64,000 nucleotides of DNA, from positions 11,159 through 75,158 of the forward strand of contig JAZNKD010000005.1 in assembly GCA_045578385.1 (NCBI GenBank), in the 5' to 3' direction. A program made the translations under genes and the position numbers. The DNA is from Eubacteriales bacterium. GTDB lineage: Bacteria > Bacillota > Clostridia > Oscillospirales > CAG-272. The notes under the pieces are model-generated. The model saw only the letters and a list, made by a program, of their open reading frames with translations, was not told where the DNA came from and ran no database searches. Below are positions 20,753 through 29,522 of this stretch, in pieces; positions within the stretch are counted from its first letter, which is position 1, and each line of letters starts with the position of its first letter.

Positions 20753-22372
20753 TCAGTCTTTACACTTATATTTTTTCATTATCGCAAGCGCTGTACGAAT
20801 TCCGTCTATTGCCGCGCTTGTAATGCCGCCTGCATAACCTGCGCCTTCGCCTGCCGGGTATAAATTAGAGTATCCGCAAGCGAGACGTGTTTTATCATCT
20901 CTTAAAATTCGTAACGGAGCACTGGTTCTTGTCTCCGCGCCCGTGAGAACCGCATCGCGATCCGCGAAGCCGTGTATTTTTTTATCAAAATCAAAAATTG
21001 CGTTTTTTATAGAATTGCAAACAATCGAGGGTAAGTAGTCATACGGTGAAGCAAGCTTTACCCCCTTCCCGTTCATATAAGTGGGTAAAACGCTATTGGG
21101 TTCTCTCGAAAGTTTACCGTCCGCAAAATCACCAAACGTTATAATCGGTGCAGAATAATCACTTCCGCCCGCCTTAAAGGCTGCGCGCTCTATTTTTCTT
21201 TGAAACTCTATTGCCAAACGGGGATCGCTCCCGTAATCTTCTTTGAAAACGGAACATACAACGGCACTGTTAGAATTTATTCCGTCACGCTTGCTTTGGC
21301 TCATTCCGTTTACAACGACACCGCCGCATTCACTGGCTGCAGCAACAACTTCACCGCCCGGGCACATACAAAAGGTATATACACCTCTTTCTTTGGTGTT
21401 ATACGACAGAGCGTATTCGGCATGACCGAGATTTTTATCTCCCGCCATTTTTCCGTACATTCCCTTATCTATAGTTTCACATAAATGCTCGATTCGCATA
21501 CCTACGGAAAAATTTTTAGGCTCAATTACTATACCTTTTGAAATTAGAGTTTCATAGGTGTCCCTCGCACTGTGTCCCAAAGCAATAACCAATGCTCCCA
21601 CGTTAATTTTACCGTTATTGGTTGAAATCTCCGAAATGCTATCGGATTTGAAATCTGCGTCCAAAAACGTCGTATGATACCTGACATCTCCCCCGAGCTG
21701 CTCTATTCTGCGGGTCATTTTATCGATAACACTGCAAAGAACGTCCGTACCGATATGCGGCTTAGCCTGATAAAGAATCTCGTCAGATGCTCCGAATTCC
21801 ACGAATTTATTCAAAACGTAAAGCGACATTCCGTCGTTTATCCGAGTGATTAATTTTCCGTCGGAAAACGTTCCTGCGCCGCCCGCGCCAAACTGAATAT
21901 TGGTATCTGTATTGAGCACACGCGTTTTTTTGAATTTCTCAATCTCGAAAATTCTTTCAGAAACGCTTCCGCCCCGCTCTATAACTATCGGCGCATAGCC
22001 GTTTTCTGCGAGCATAAGCGCGCAAAAAAGACCGCAAGGACCGGAGCCTACAATAACGGGACGCGCGTTTAACTGCTCGTCTCCGAATTCCGGCTTCGGC
22101 TCTTCGCTTTTTTCAAGGCACGCCCCAGCCAGAGATAAAGTCCGTTCGTTAACGTTGGAAAACTCCGCTGATACAAAAACCGAATATACAAACTTTATAC
22201 TATCACGCACTCTGGCATCAATGCTTTTCCTATGAATTCTGAATTCGGGACTTGAAAATCTTATCCCCGCTTTACGAAGCTTATTTTCCGAAACTGAAAA
22301 CGCCTCTTGGATAGAGGCGTCAGTTGGCAATTTTACGTTGTTAACAATTAAATTGAGAGTTTTTGAACTCAT
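20753..22372 (-). CDS. FAD-dependent oxidoreductase (COG2509-like)
   Basis: A dinucleotide fold motif (VIVGSGPCGLFCAL) is present. I place the start at ATG 22372 (MSSKTLNL), which is preceded by GGAGG. The ORF-track start at 22393 lacks a Shine-Dalgarno sequence. Confidence 0.75.
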   Translation of the reverse strand: MSSKTLNLIVNNVKLPTDASIQEAFSVSENKLRKAGIRFSSPEFRIHRKSIDARVRDSIKFVYSVFVSAEFSNVNERTLSLAGACLEKSEEPKPEFGDEQLNARPVIVGSGPCGLFCALMLAENGYAPIVIERGGSVSERIFEIEKFKKTRVLNTDTNIQFGAGGAGTFSDGKLITRINDGMSLYVLNKFVEFGASDEILYQAKPHIGTDVLCSVIDKMTRRIEQLGGDVRYHTTFLDADFKSDSISEISTNNGKINVGALVIALGHSARDTYETLISKGIVIEPKNFSVGMRIEHLCETIDKGMYGKMAGDKNLGHAEYALSYNTKERGVYTFCMCPGGEVVAAASECGGVVVNGMSQSKRDGINSNSAVVCSVFKEDYGSDPRLAIEFQRKIERAAFKAGGSDYSAPIITFGDFADGKLSREPNSVLPTYMNGKGVKLASPYDYLPSIVCNSIKNAIFDFDKKIHGFADRDAVLTGAETRTSAPLRILRDDKTRLACGYSNLYPAGEGAGYAGGITSAAIDGIRTALAIMKKYKCKD

Positions 22373-22410
22373 TATTCCTCCAAAATAAGCCAAAGCAATA
22401 ATTTAACGCT

Positions 22411-23442
22411 TTATAGGATGAACCTAGACAGCGTGGCAATCCCCGCTGCCACCGGCTCCGGTGAAACAATATTAACGTAAAGCCAGAAAAGAACAGCGCA
22501 GAACAAACTGAGAAGTCCAATAAGGTAAGTACCTATTCTTACACCCAGGAATTTCTTTCCATAATAGCTCGAAGAAGCAGCGGTAGCAACGCGCTCGGAC
22601 TTATCCTTAACCCACGCCTTAAGAAGAAAGCTTCTTAATGTATCCGGAGTATAGTTTCTTGTGAGAGTGCAATCCGAAGCAACAGAAATAACTCCCGTTT
22701 CTTCAGAAACGACGATGATAACAGCGTCGCTTATCTCACTCATTCCTATTGCAGCTCTATGACGTGTACCCAAGTCACCGTCGATATCCTGACGTCTTGT
22801 AAGCGGTAACAGACAGCCTGCTGCAACAACTCTTGCTTCATCAATTACTACAGCACCGTCATGAAGGGGTGCTTTGTTGAAGAAAAGGTTTCTCACCAAA
22901 AACGAATTTACGTCAGCATTAATGGAAACACCGGTTTGGATAACATCATCAAGCACCGTATTTCTTGAAAGTACTATGAGCGCACCGGTTTTCGTTCTGG
23001 AAAGATCACTTACCGCTGCACAGATATTATCAACCGCCTTATAGTACAACTGCTGCTTTTTCTTCTGATCTCCAAAATTGAGAATGCTGTTAAGCGGTCC
23101 GGAGCCTATACGTTCAAGGACGTCTCTTAATTCGGGTTGGAAAATAATGATAAGCGCAATAACACCGATCTCAAACACTTTTGAGAAAATGAAAGACGTT
23201 CCGTTAAGATTCAAAGTAGTGGAAACAAACCAAACTACAAGACAAATACCTATTCCGAAAAGAAGCGCTCCGCCCTTCTTACTCTTGACGAATCTGAAAA
23301 CGAAAAGAAACAGAAAAGACAGAACGAGTATATCTATCGCATCAAAAAGCCCGAATGAAGAAAAGGCATGCTTAATATTCGACCAAAGCTCGCTGAAATT
23401 CATTCCGATGTTTGACGCGCCAGTATCAAGTAAAAAATTCAT
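22411..23442 (-). CDS. cdaA: Diadenylate cyclase CdaA with an extra C-terminal TM tail
   Basis: Three N-terminal TM helices are followed by a DAC domain (LHDGAVVI, GTRHRAA, VSEETG). Residues from about 275 to 343 form an extension with one TM helix. GAGGT serves as the Shine-Dalgarno sequence before the ATG. Confidence 0.9.
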   Translation of the reverse strand: MNFLLDTGASNIGMNFSELWSNIKHAFSSFGLFDAIDILVLSFLFLFVFRFVKSKKGGALLFGIGICLVVWFVSTTLNLNGTSFIFSKVFEIGVIALIIIFQPELRDVLERIGSGPLNSILNFGDQKKKQQLYYKAVDNICAAVSDLSRTKTGALIVLSRNTVLDDVIQTGVSINADVNSFLVRNLFFNKAPLHDGAVVIDEARVVAAGCLLPLTRRQDIDGDLGTRHRAAIGMSEISDAVIIVVSEETGVISVASDCTLTRNYTPDTLRSFLLKAWVKDKSERVATAASSSYYGKKFLGVRIGTYLIGLLSLFCAVLFWLYVNIVSPEPVAAGIATLSRFIL

Positions 23443-23620
23443 ACCGACCTCGTAAAAATATATGTATGTAAACGCAAGCGTGATATTTAATGTAAAAAGT
23501 ATAACACATTTATTTCATAATTGCAATGCTTTTTTTTGAGATTTTTGAGATTTTTTAATACTTTTTTTCGCACGGTGTAGAGTGAAACTGAATTTCGCCT
23601 CTATTTTTTGAGGTTTTATA

Positions 23621-23649
23621 TTGACTTTACATAAAAAACATGTTATAAT
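23621..23649 (+). promoter_or_regulatory. Sigma-A type promoter of the Crp-family regulator and ABC transporter operon
   Basis: The -35 is TTGACT (23621-26), followed by a 17-nt spacer ending in TGt and a -10 of TATAAT (23644-49). An AAGGAGG Shine-Dalgarno sequence precedes ATG 23691. Confidence 0.55.
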
Positions 23650-23690
23650 CTGTCTCAAATGATACACTTTGTTTCAAGGAGGATTTAAAG

Positions 23691-24362
23691 ATGAGTTCGG
23701 AAATTATCGTATTTGCCACTAAAATCTTCCCTTTTAAGAAATTCAAGGAAAAAAATCTTAATATTATTTTTTCGGAAATGAGTTTTTCAGTATGCTCTTT
23801 TCAAAAAGGCGAAACGGTCTTTTCAAAAGAGAGCTATCGCAAAACGGTTGGCTTTATAATGGAAGGAGAATGCGAGGTTGAAAAGAAACGTTCAGACGGA
23901 GACCTTATGCCTCTTAACAATTTACCGAAATATGCTTCGTTCGGTATACTTTCTCTCTTTTCTCCCGAAGCAGAATTCCCGACCATAATAAAAGCCGTCA
24001 AGCCTTCAAAAATTCTGTTTATAAACGGAGAGGATATGCTGAACGTGATCAAAAAATATCCTACAGTTTCAATGAACGTTGTGACTTTTTTAGCAGGCAG
24101 AATTGCTTTTCTTAACAAAAAAATAGAAACTTTTTCAGAACGAAATACGGCAAAAAAGCTTGCAACTTACTTGATTTCAAAATATAAAGAACAAGGAAAC
24201 GAAATAACAGTTACAAAAACAAAGCTTTCAGCGGAAATCGGTGTCGGAAGAGCTTCCCTATACCGCGATCTTGAGTATTTTGAAAAGAAAGGTGTTATAA
24301 AAACAGAACAAAAAAGGATTATTATAATTTGCCCCGAAGGGCTTGAAAGGATACTAAAATGA
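23691..24362 (+). CDS. Crp/Fnr family transcriptional regulator
   Basis: The product has an N-terminal cNMP-binding-like beta-roll and a C-terminal HTH (LSAEIGVGRASLYRDLEYFEKKGVI). Its stop overlaps the next start as ATGA. Confidence 0.8.
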   Translation: MSSEIIVFATKIFPFKKFKEKNLNIIFSEMSFSVCSFQKGETVFSKESYRKTVGFIMEGECEVEKKRSDGDLMPLNNLPKYASFGILSLFSPEAEFPTIIKAVKPSKILFINGEDMLNVIKKYPTVSMNVVTFLAGRIAFLNKKIETFSERNTAKKLATYLISKYKEQGNEITVTKTKLSAEIGVGRASLYRDLEYFEKKGVIKTEQKRIIIICPEGLERILK

Positions 24363-25291
24363 AAAAACTAATTGCGCTTTTAATCACCCTATCACTTATT
24401 CTCGTATCACTCGTATCTTGTTCAAAGGATACCACAAAAATCAATATCGGCGTAATGAGCGGTCCTACCGGTATGGGTATGGCAAAACTTATGAACGATG
24501 AAGGCGAAGAAAGCGAAAAATACGATTTCGAAATATATTCCGATCCTTCCATAGGAACGACCGATCTTGTCTCCGGCAATCTTGATATGCTTTGTCTGCC
24601 AACGAATGCAGCGGCAAATCTATTCAATAAAAACAATAGCGTATCGGTTATTTCTATCAACTGTCTTGGATCTCTTTATCTTGTTTCCGACAATGAAACC
24701 CCGATAAATTCAATTAAAGATCTGGAAGGAAAAACAATTCATTCAAGCGTTGCCACCTCAACAACAAAACCCATAATAGATTATATACTCAAAGAAAACG
24801 GTGTTAACGCAAGCGTTGAAATTGAAAAGGATCACGATACGCTCGTCGCAAAGCTCGCAACGAAAGAGGTAGCTATAGCCATTCTTCCAGAGCCAAAAAT
24901 AACCGCAGCTCTTATGTCAAACAAGGATTACTCCGTCAGACTTAATCTCTCAGAAGAATGGGAAAAGATTTCCGACACCCCCTTAACAATGGGTTGCATC
25001 GTTGTAAGAAACGAATTCCTTGCAGAGCATAAAAGTCTGGTTAATTCTTTCCTTAAGGACTACAAAGCTTCAATCGAATATATAGGTGACGAAAACAATC
25101 TTACATCTGCCGCAGAAATGATAGTAAATGCAAAGGTTCTTCCAAAATTGCCGATAGCGAAGGGGGCTTTAACCAATCTTTACGGCTCGATTGTTTATTT
25201 GGACGGTGAAGATATGAAAACTGCTCTCAAAGGCTTCTATACCGCAATAGAGCTCACGCAGCCTAGTGATGAATTTTATTATGAAAAATAA
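24359..25291 (+). CDS. ABC transporter substrate-binding lipoprotein (NMT1/NitT-TauT family-like)
   Basis: A lipoprotein signal with a lipobox (LVSLVSC) is followed by a periplasmic-binding-protein-like body. Confidence 0.75.
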   Translation: MKKLIALLITLSLILVSLVSCSKDTTKINIGVMSGPTGMGMAKLMNDEGEESEKYDFEIYSDPSIGTTDLVSGNLDMLCLPTNAAANLFNKNNSVSVISINCLGSLYLVSDNETPINSIKDLEGKTIHSSVATSTTKPIIDYILKENGVNASVEIEKDHDTLVAKLATKEVAIAILPEPKITAALMSNKDYSVRLNLSEEWEKISDTPLTMGCIVVRNEFLAEHKSLVNSFLKDYKASIEYIGDENNLTSAAEMIVNAKVLPKLPIAKGALTNLYGSIVYLDGEDMKTALKGFYTAIELTQPSDEFYYEK

Positions 25292-26051
25292 TGCAAAAAA
25301 AATCCTTTATGGTATAGCAATCATCGTATTTTGGGTTGCCGTTTGGGAATGTGTCGCTCGTATAATCAATCTGCCTCTGATTTTACCAACGGCAACCGAA
25401 GTAATTTCTTCACTCGCTCACCTTATTATTACACTTTCATTCTGGAAAATACTGCTTCTTTCGTTTTTAAGAATAATCATCGGATTTGCAATCGGAGTTT
25501 TGATAGCGATTGCACTTGCTGTTTTGTGCAAAAGCTCAAAACCCGCTATGCGCTTGTTTTCCCCTGTTATGACGGTAATAAGAGCAACCCCCGTAGCATC
25601 GTTTATTATGGTTTTATGGCTTATAATCGGAAGCAATTTGGTTCCATCAACTATAACGTCGCTTATGGTTATTCCTGTAATATGGCAAAATCTTATCAAC
25701 GGTTTTTCTGCGATTGACAAAAATCTTAGTGAGGTTTGTGATGTATTCGAGGTTTCAGGATTCAAACGCTTTAAATTTTTGATTGTACCGACATTGATAA
25801 GATTTCTCGTTCCTGGTATTATTACGTCTGCCGGATTGGCTTGGAAAGCGGGCATAGCCGCTGAAATAATAGCATACACCGCTAATTCTATCGGCAGAGA
25901 GATATTTAATTCAAAAAATTATCTTGAAAGCGCAGAGATGCTCGCCTGGACATTGGTGGTAGTAATACTTAGTCTTATATTCGAATTTGTTATCACATTG
26001 TGCGGAAAGAAGGTATCAAAAAATGTCGCTGGCATTAAAGAAAATCAGTAA
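25266..26051 (+). CDS. ABC transporter permease (NitT/TauT type)
   Basis: The product has six hydrophobic segments and overlaps both neighbouring genes. The exact start is ambiguous (GTG 25266, ATG 25269 or ATG 25281). Confidence 0.8.
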   Translation: MMNFIMKNNAKKILYGIAIIVFWVAVWECVARIINLPLILPTATEVISSLAHLIITLSFWKILLLSFLRIIIGFAIGVLIAIALAVLCKSSKPAMRLFSPVMTVIRATPVASFIMVLWLIIGSNLVPSTITSLMVIPVIWQNLINGFSAIDKNLSEVCDVFEVSGFKRFKFLIVPTLIRFLVPGIITSAGLAWKAGIAAEIIAYTANSIGREIFNSKNYLESAEMLAWTLVVVILSLIFEFVITLCGKKVSKNVAGIKENQ

Positions 26052-26610
26052 ATCATTTGACAAAAAAAATCTTTTTTCCGATTTTAGCTATTCGTTTAAT
26101 GACAAAGGCATTTACGCTATTATCGGAGCAAGCGGTGTAGGAAAAACCACGCTGCTCAGAATAATTGCCGGACTTGATAAAAATTTTGAGGGTGAAGTTA
26201 TCGGCGGCGGATTTGAAAACACCGCCGTATGCTTTCAAGAACACAGACTGTTCCCTACTCTTAACGTTTTTGAAAACGTATCAAAAATATCATTTAAAGA
26301 AGAAACCGAAGCAACAAAAAACAGAACGAAAATATTATTAAAACGACTCGGTTTTAATGATGAAGATATGAAGCTTTATCCCCACGAAATCTCGGGCGGT
26401 ATGAGACAAAGAGTAGCATTTTCAAGAGCCGTTTTAAAAGATTCAAAAATTTTAATTCTCGATGAGGCAACTAAAGAGCTTGACGAAAAATTAAGAGATG
26501 AAATTCTCAAAATCATTAAAGAAGAAAGTGAAAAACGTCTCATAATTACAGTCACTCACAGTGTCGATGAAATTACTGCTCTCGGCGCAACAAAAATTAA
26601 TTTACTTTAA
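26023..26610 (+). CDS. ABC transporter ATP-binding protein (short, 195 aa)
   Basis: All ATPase motifs are present: Walker A GASGVGKTT, Q-loop FQEHRLFP, signature ISGGMRQRV, Walker B ILILDE and H-loop VTHS. The start is taken at ATG 26023 (MSLALKK). Confidence 0.85.
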   Translation: MSLALKKISKSFDKKNLFSDFSYSFNDKGIYAIIGASGVGKTTLLRIIAGLDKNFEGEVIGGGFENTAVCFQEHRLFPTLNVFENVSKISFKEETEATKNRTKILLKRLGFNDEDMKLYPHEISGGMRQRVAFSRAVLKDSKILILDEATKELDEKLRDEILKIIKEESEKRLIITVTHSVDEITALGATKINLL

Positions 26611-26632
26611 CAAAAAAAGCGTCGCAAAATCA

Positions 26633-27877
26633 TCAATCTTGCGGCTCTTTTTTTTGCTTTTTGTTATATAATCCTATGTCATTTTCTATAATTGAAGCTC
26701 TAATAACAGATTCGGTTCCGTATTTCTGCCTTATTTTATCTACGGCAATTTCTTTTTTCTCGTTTTTCTTACGTTTTTCCTCTTTTCCTGAATCAAAGAA
26801 GCCCATTTGCTCAAAAACCGTATCCTTGTGAACGAGATTAGTTGCCGTAACCGTAATCATTCTGATAGGTCTTTCCTCACTCCATTCGCGGCATAAAATC
26901 TTATACGCCACGTCGGCTATTTCACTCGAAATATCAGTTGGCACATCCGTTGATGCAACTCTCTGAATAGTCCTCAGATATTCGTCTTTTATAGACAGTT
27001 GAACCGACGAGCACTTTAGTCCTCTTATGCGAAGTTTCGTTCCTATCTCTTCCGAAAGATATTTTATTCCCGTTAAGCATTCTTCGCGACCGACCAGGTC
27101 ATGCTTGAACGTAAAACCGTTTCCTATGCTTTTGGCGTCCGCCTTGTCTACAGCTTCTACAGGGCTGAGGTCCTCTCCTCTTGCATACTCCGATAATACT
27201 CCGCCCATTTTACCGAATTTTAAAATCAGAAGCTCTTTGTTAGCCTCTGAAAGCTCTCCAATCGTACGTATTCCAAGATGACGCAAAGCGTCAGCAGTTC
27301 TTTTTCCTACGAACAGGAGAGCGGAAACGGGTAAAGGATAAACAATTTGCTTAAAATTATCTCTGCTTATAACAGTTGTTGCATCGGGTTTTTTGTAATC
27401 ACTTCCGAGTTTAGCGAAAACCTTATTGAAAGATACTCCCACCGAAATTGTTATACCAATCTCGCGTTTTACATCGTTTCTTATCTTTTGCGCTATTTCA
27501 GATCCGTTTCCGAATACACCGCTTGCCGTGACGTCAAGCCAGCTTTCATCAATTCCGAAAGGCTCTATCATATCGGTATATCTCGAATAGATTTCATTTA
27601 CGCGCTGAGAAAATTCAACATATTTATCATAATGCGGGGATGCCAAAACGAGATTTGGACATTTTTTCTTTGCGGAAAAAACCGTCTCGGCGGTTTTAAT
27701 GTTATACTTTTTTGCCAATTCGTTTTTTGCCAATATGATTCCGTGTCTGTTTTCGACACTGCCCGAAACTGCCATAGGAACATCTTTATATTCCGGATTC
27801 ATAACGGTTTCAACAGAAGCAAAAAATGAATTGCAATCGCAATGCAAGATAACTCTATCTTTAATTTTGCTTTTCAA
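26633..27877 (-). CDS. dinB: DNA polymerase IV (Y-family)
   Basis: Y-family motifs are ILHCDCNSFFASVE, SIDESWLDV and the little-finger region. The earliest possible start is TTG 27877, which overlaps the kinase stop as TTGA. Confidence 0.9.
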   Translation of the reverse strand: MKSKIKDRVILHCDCNSFFASVETVMNPEYKDVPMAVSGSVENRHGIILAKNELAKKYNIKTAETVFSAKKKCPNLVLASPHYDKYVEFSQRVNEIYSRYTDMIEPFGIDESWLDVTASGVFGNGSEIAQKIRNDVKREIGITISVGVSFNKVFAKLGSDYKKPDATTVISRDNFKQIVYPLPVSALLFVGKRTADALRHLGIRTIGELSEANKELLILKFGKMGGVLSEYARGEDLSPVEAVDKADAKSIGNGFTFKHDLVGREECLTGIKYLSEEIGTKLRIRGLKCSSVQLSIKDEYLRTIQRVASTDVPTDISSEIADVAYKILCREWSEERPIRMITVTATNLVHKDTVFEQMGFFDSGKEEKRKKNEKKEIAVDKIRQKYGTESVIRASIIENDIGLYNKKQKKEPQD

Positions 27878-29370
27878 TTATCTTTTAAACGCTCCTTTGG
27901 AACTGCAATGCCTTCTTTGAGCGAGAACCAGAACTCAGCGCCGTTCTCATTCGGAGAATCGGCTTTTATTTGCTCACCGTGGGCATCAACAATAGTTTTA
28001 CAGATGTATAATCCGAGTCCTACTCCGGTCTTATCAAGTCCGCGGCTTTTATCTGTCTTGTAAAATCTGTCAAAGATAAACGGTAATTCTTCCTTTGGAA
28101 TTCCCTGTCCTTCGTCGTATATGGATATACGAACCTTTTTATTGGGAGTTTTTGATATATGAACAGCAAGCTTTCCACCAACTTTTGAAAATTTAATTGC
28201 ATTGTGCATAAGATTGTAAACTACCTGATGAATAGCATCCTTATCAGCTACTGCAAACATAGAGTCTTCTTCGGTTTCGAAGATTACGTCAAGATTTTTG
28301 TCGCTTATCTTCTGCTCAAAGGAAATAAGAATAATTCTTGCCATCTCGGCAACGTCAAAATTTACAAAATTGAACTTTCTCTCACCCGACTCCAATCTGG
28401 ATATATCAAGCAAATCTGCAACCAATCTTGAAAGTCTATGCACCTCTGCGGAAATAACCCCCAAATAGTACTCGTGTTTTTCCTGAGGTATTGCTCCCGA
28501 CGTTATTCCGTCTATGAAGCCTGCTATTGTAGTCATAGGCGTTCTCAGATCATGAGATACGTTAGCTAAAAATGAGTTCCTCATTTTTTCGAAATTATCG
28601 AGAGATTCTGCCATATTATTAAACGCTTCGCCTAGCTCGGCAATCTCATCGTGACCGCATACGGTAACTCTTGTACTGAAATCACCTTTTGCAAACTTCT
28701 TGGTTGCTTTGGTCATATTTTTTAAGGGGTTGATTACCCTTTCAGTTATAAGATACAAAGCTACAACTGCCGCCAGCATTACCCATATCGAGCTATTGAT
28801 AATAGTTTTTCTTGCCGCCATAACCATAGCGTCTTCCTCAGTCGTAGATATAAGGGAAACGGCATATCCGGTATGTTTTTCGCCTGACACTATTTTCTTT
28901 GCACAAATCTGATAATTTTCATTTCCTATTACTTCTGCGCTGCCCTGGTAAAGAAGATAACTTCTGCCTGCGGCATCCGTCTCGTTGCTGAAGCTTTCAA
29001 AATTAAGACTTCCAAGCTCCTCGTCTATCCAGCGCACCGGCATATCAACGTCGCCTATTTTCTGAGTTTTGGTAGTCGTTAAAAGAATTTTTCCGTCTTT
29101 ATCCGTCAGTAGAATTTTTATGTTTTTAAATTCCAAAAGATACGGCGTCAACGCTTTCATACCCGACGGAGATTCAAGTAACGTTTCTATTTCATTGTAA
29201 GCAGAAAATTGACTTGATATTCTCGCGATTGCATTGACAAGAGATTCTTGCTTACTGTCCGTAACGTACGCTCTTATCGTTGTTGTGATAATACTCGAAA
29301 GTATAACAAAGCTTATCAAGAGAATGACGACGAAAGCGGTTAAATATTTTGCAAACGTGCTTTTAAACAA
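27874..29370 (-). CDS. Sensor histidine kinase (two TM helices, HAMP, HisKA, HATPase_c) with no adjacent response regulator
   Basis: The H-box is SHDLRTPMT and the ATPase region carries N, G1 and G2 boxes (DEGQGIP, GVGLGL). I place the start at TTG 29370 (LFKSTFAKYL), 7 nt after a GGAG. The ORF-track start at 29430 would overlap the promoter. Confidence 0.85.
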   Translation of the reverse strand: MFKSTFAKYLTAFVVILLISFVILSSIITTTIRAYVTDSKQESLVNAIARISSQFSAYNEIETLLESPSGMKALTPYLLEFKNIKILLTDKDGKILLTTTKTQKIGDVDMPVRWIDEELGSLNFESFSNETDAAGRSYLLYQGSAEVIGNENYQICAKKIVSGEKHTGYAVSLISTTEEDAMVMAARKTIINSSIWVMLAAVVALYLITERVINPLKNMTKATKKFAKGDFSTRVTVCGHDEIAELGEAFNNMAESLDNFEKMRNSFLANVSHDLRTPMTTIAGFIDGITSGAIPQEKHEYYLGVISAEVHRLSRLVADLLDISRLESGERKFNFVNFDVAEMARIILISFEQKISDKNLDVIFETEEDSMFAVADKDAIHQVVYNLMHNAIKFSKVGGKLAVHISKTPNKKVRISIYDEGQGIPKEELPFIFDRFYKTDKSRGLDKTGVGLGLYICKTIVDAHGEQIKADSPNENGAEFWFSLKEGIAVPKERLKDN

Positions 29371-29400
29371 TTTTTCACTCCAAAATGCGTGTTTTTTTCT

Positions 29401-29430
29401 ATTATACAACAAACGTATGCAATAAGTCAA
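29401..29430 (-). promoter_or_regulatory. Sigma-A type promoter of the kinase-dinB unit
   Basis: On the minus strand the -35 is TTGACT (29430-29425), followed by an 18-nt spacer and a -10 of TATAAT (29406-29401). Confidence 0.5.
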
Positions 29431-29449
29431 ATATTTTTTAACAATAACA

Positions 29450-29478
29450 TTGACTAAAGCTAACTTTTGTGTTAAAAT
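29450..29478 (+). promoter_or_regulatory. Sigma-A type promoter of gltX
   Basis: The -35 is TTGACT (29450-55), followed by a 17-nt spacer ending in TGt and a -10 of TAAAAT (29473-78). A GAGGAAG Shine-Dalgarno sequence precedes ATG 29523. Confidence 0.55.
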
Positions 29479-29522
29479 TAAAAATGTTAAAAATTTTATA
29501 TATCTGAAAAGAGGAAGTATTA

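Noticed and set aside
23533-23556. A short tandem repeat, (tttttgaga) x2 plus ttttt, lies in the cdaA/Crp divergent region.
   Set aside because: It has only two units in T-rich promoter DNA. It is consistent with an UP-element-like tract or with chance and is not a repeat array.
29407-29420. A LexA (SOS) box-like sequence, ACAACAAACGTATG, lies in the spacer of the kinase-dinB promoter.
   Set aside because: Only about 5 of 8 core positions match GAAC-N4-GTTC, which is too weak to call. No better box was seen near ruvC or ruvAB either.
29479-29522. A T-box or other leader element could precede gltX, and riboswitches could precede the ABC transporter or the glg operon.
   Set aside because: The leaders are too short (about 40-90 nt), and I could not see T-box, specifier or antiterminator sequences or any known riboswitch core.
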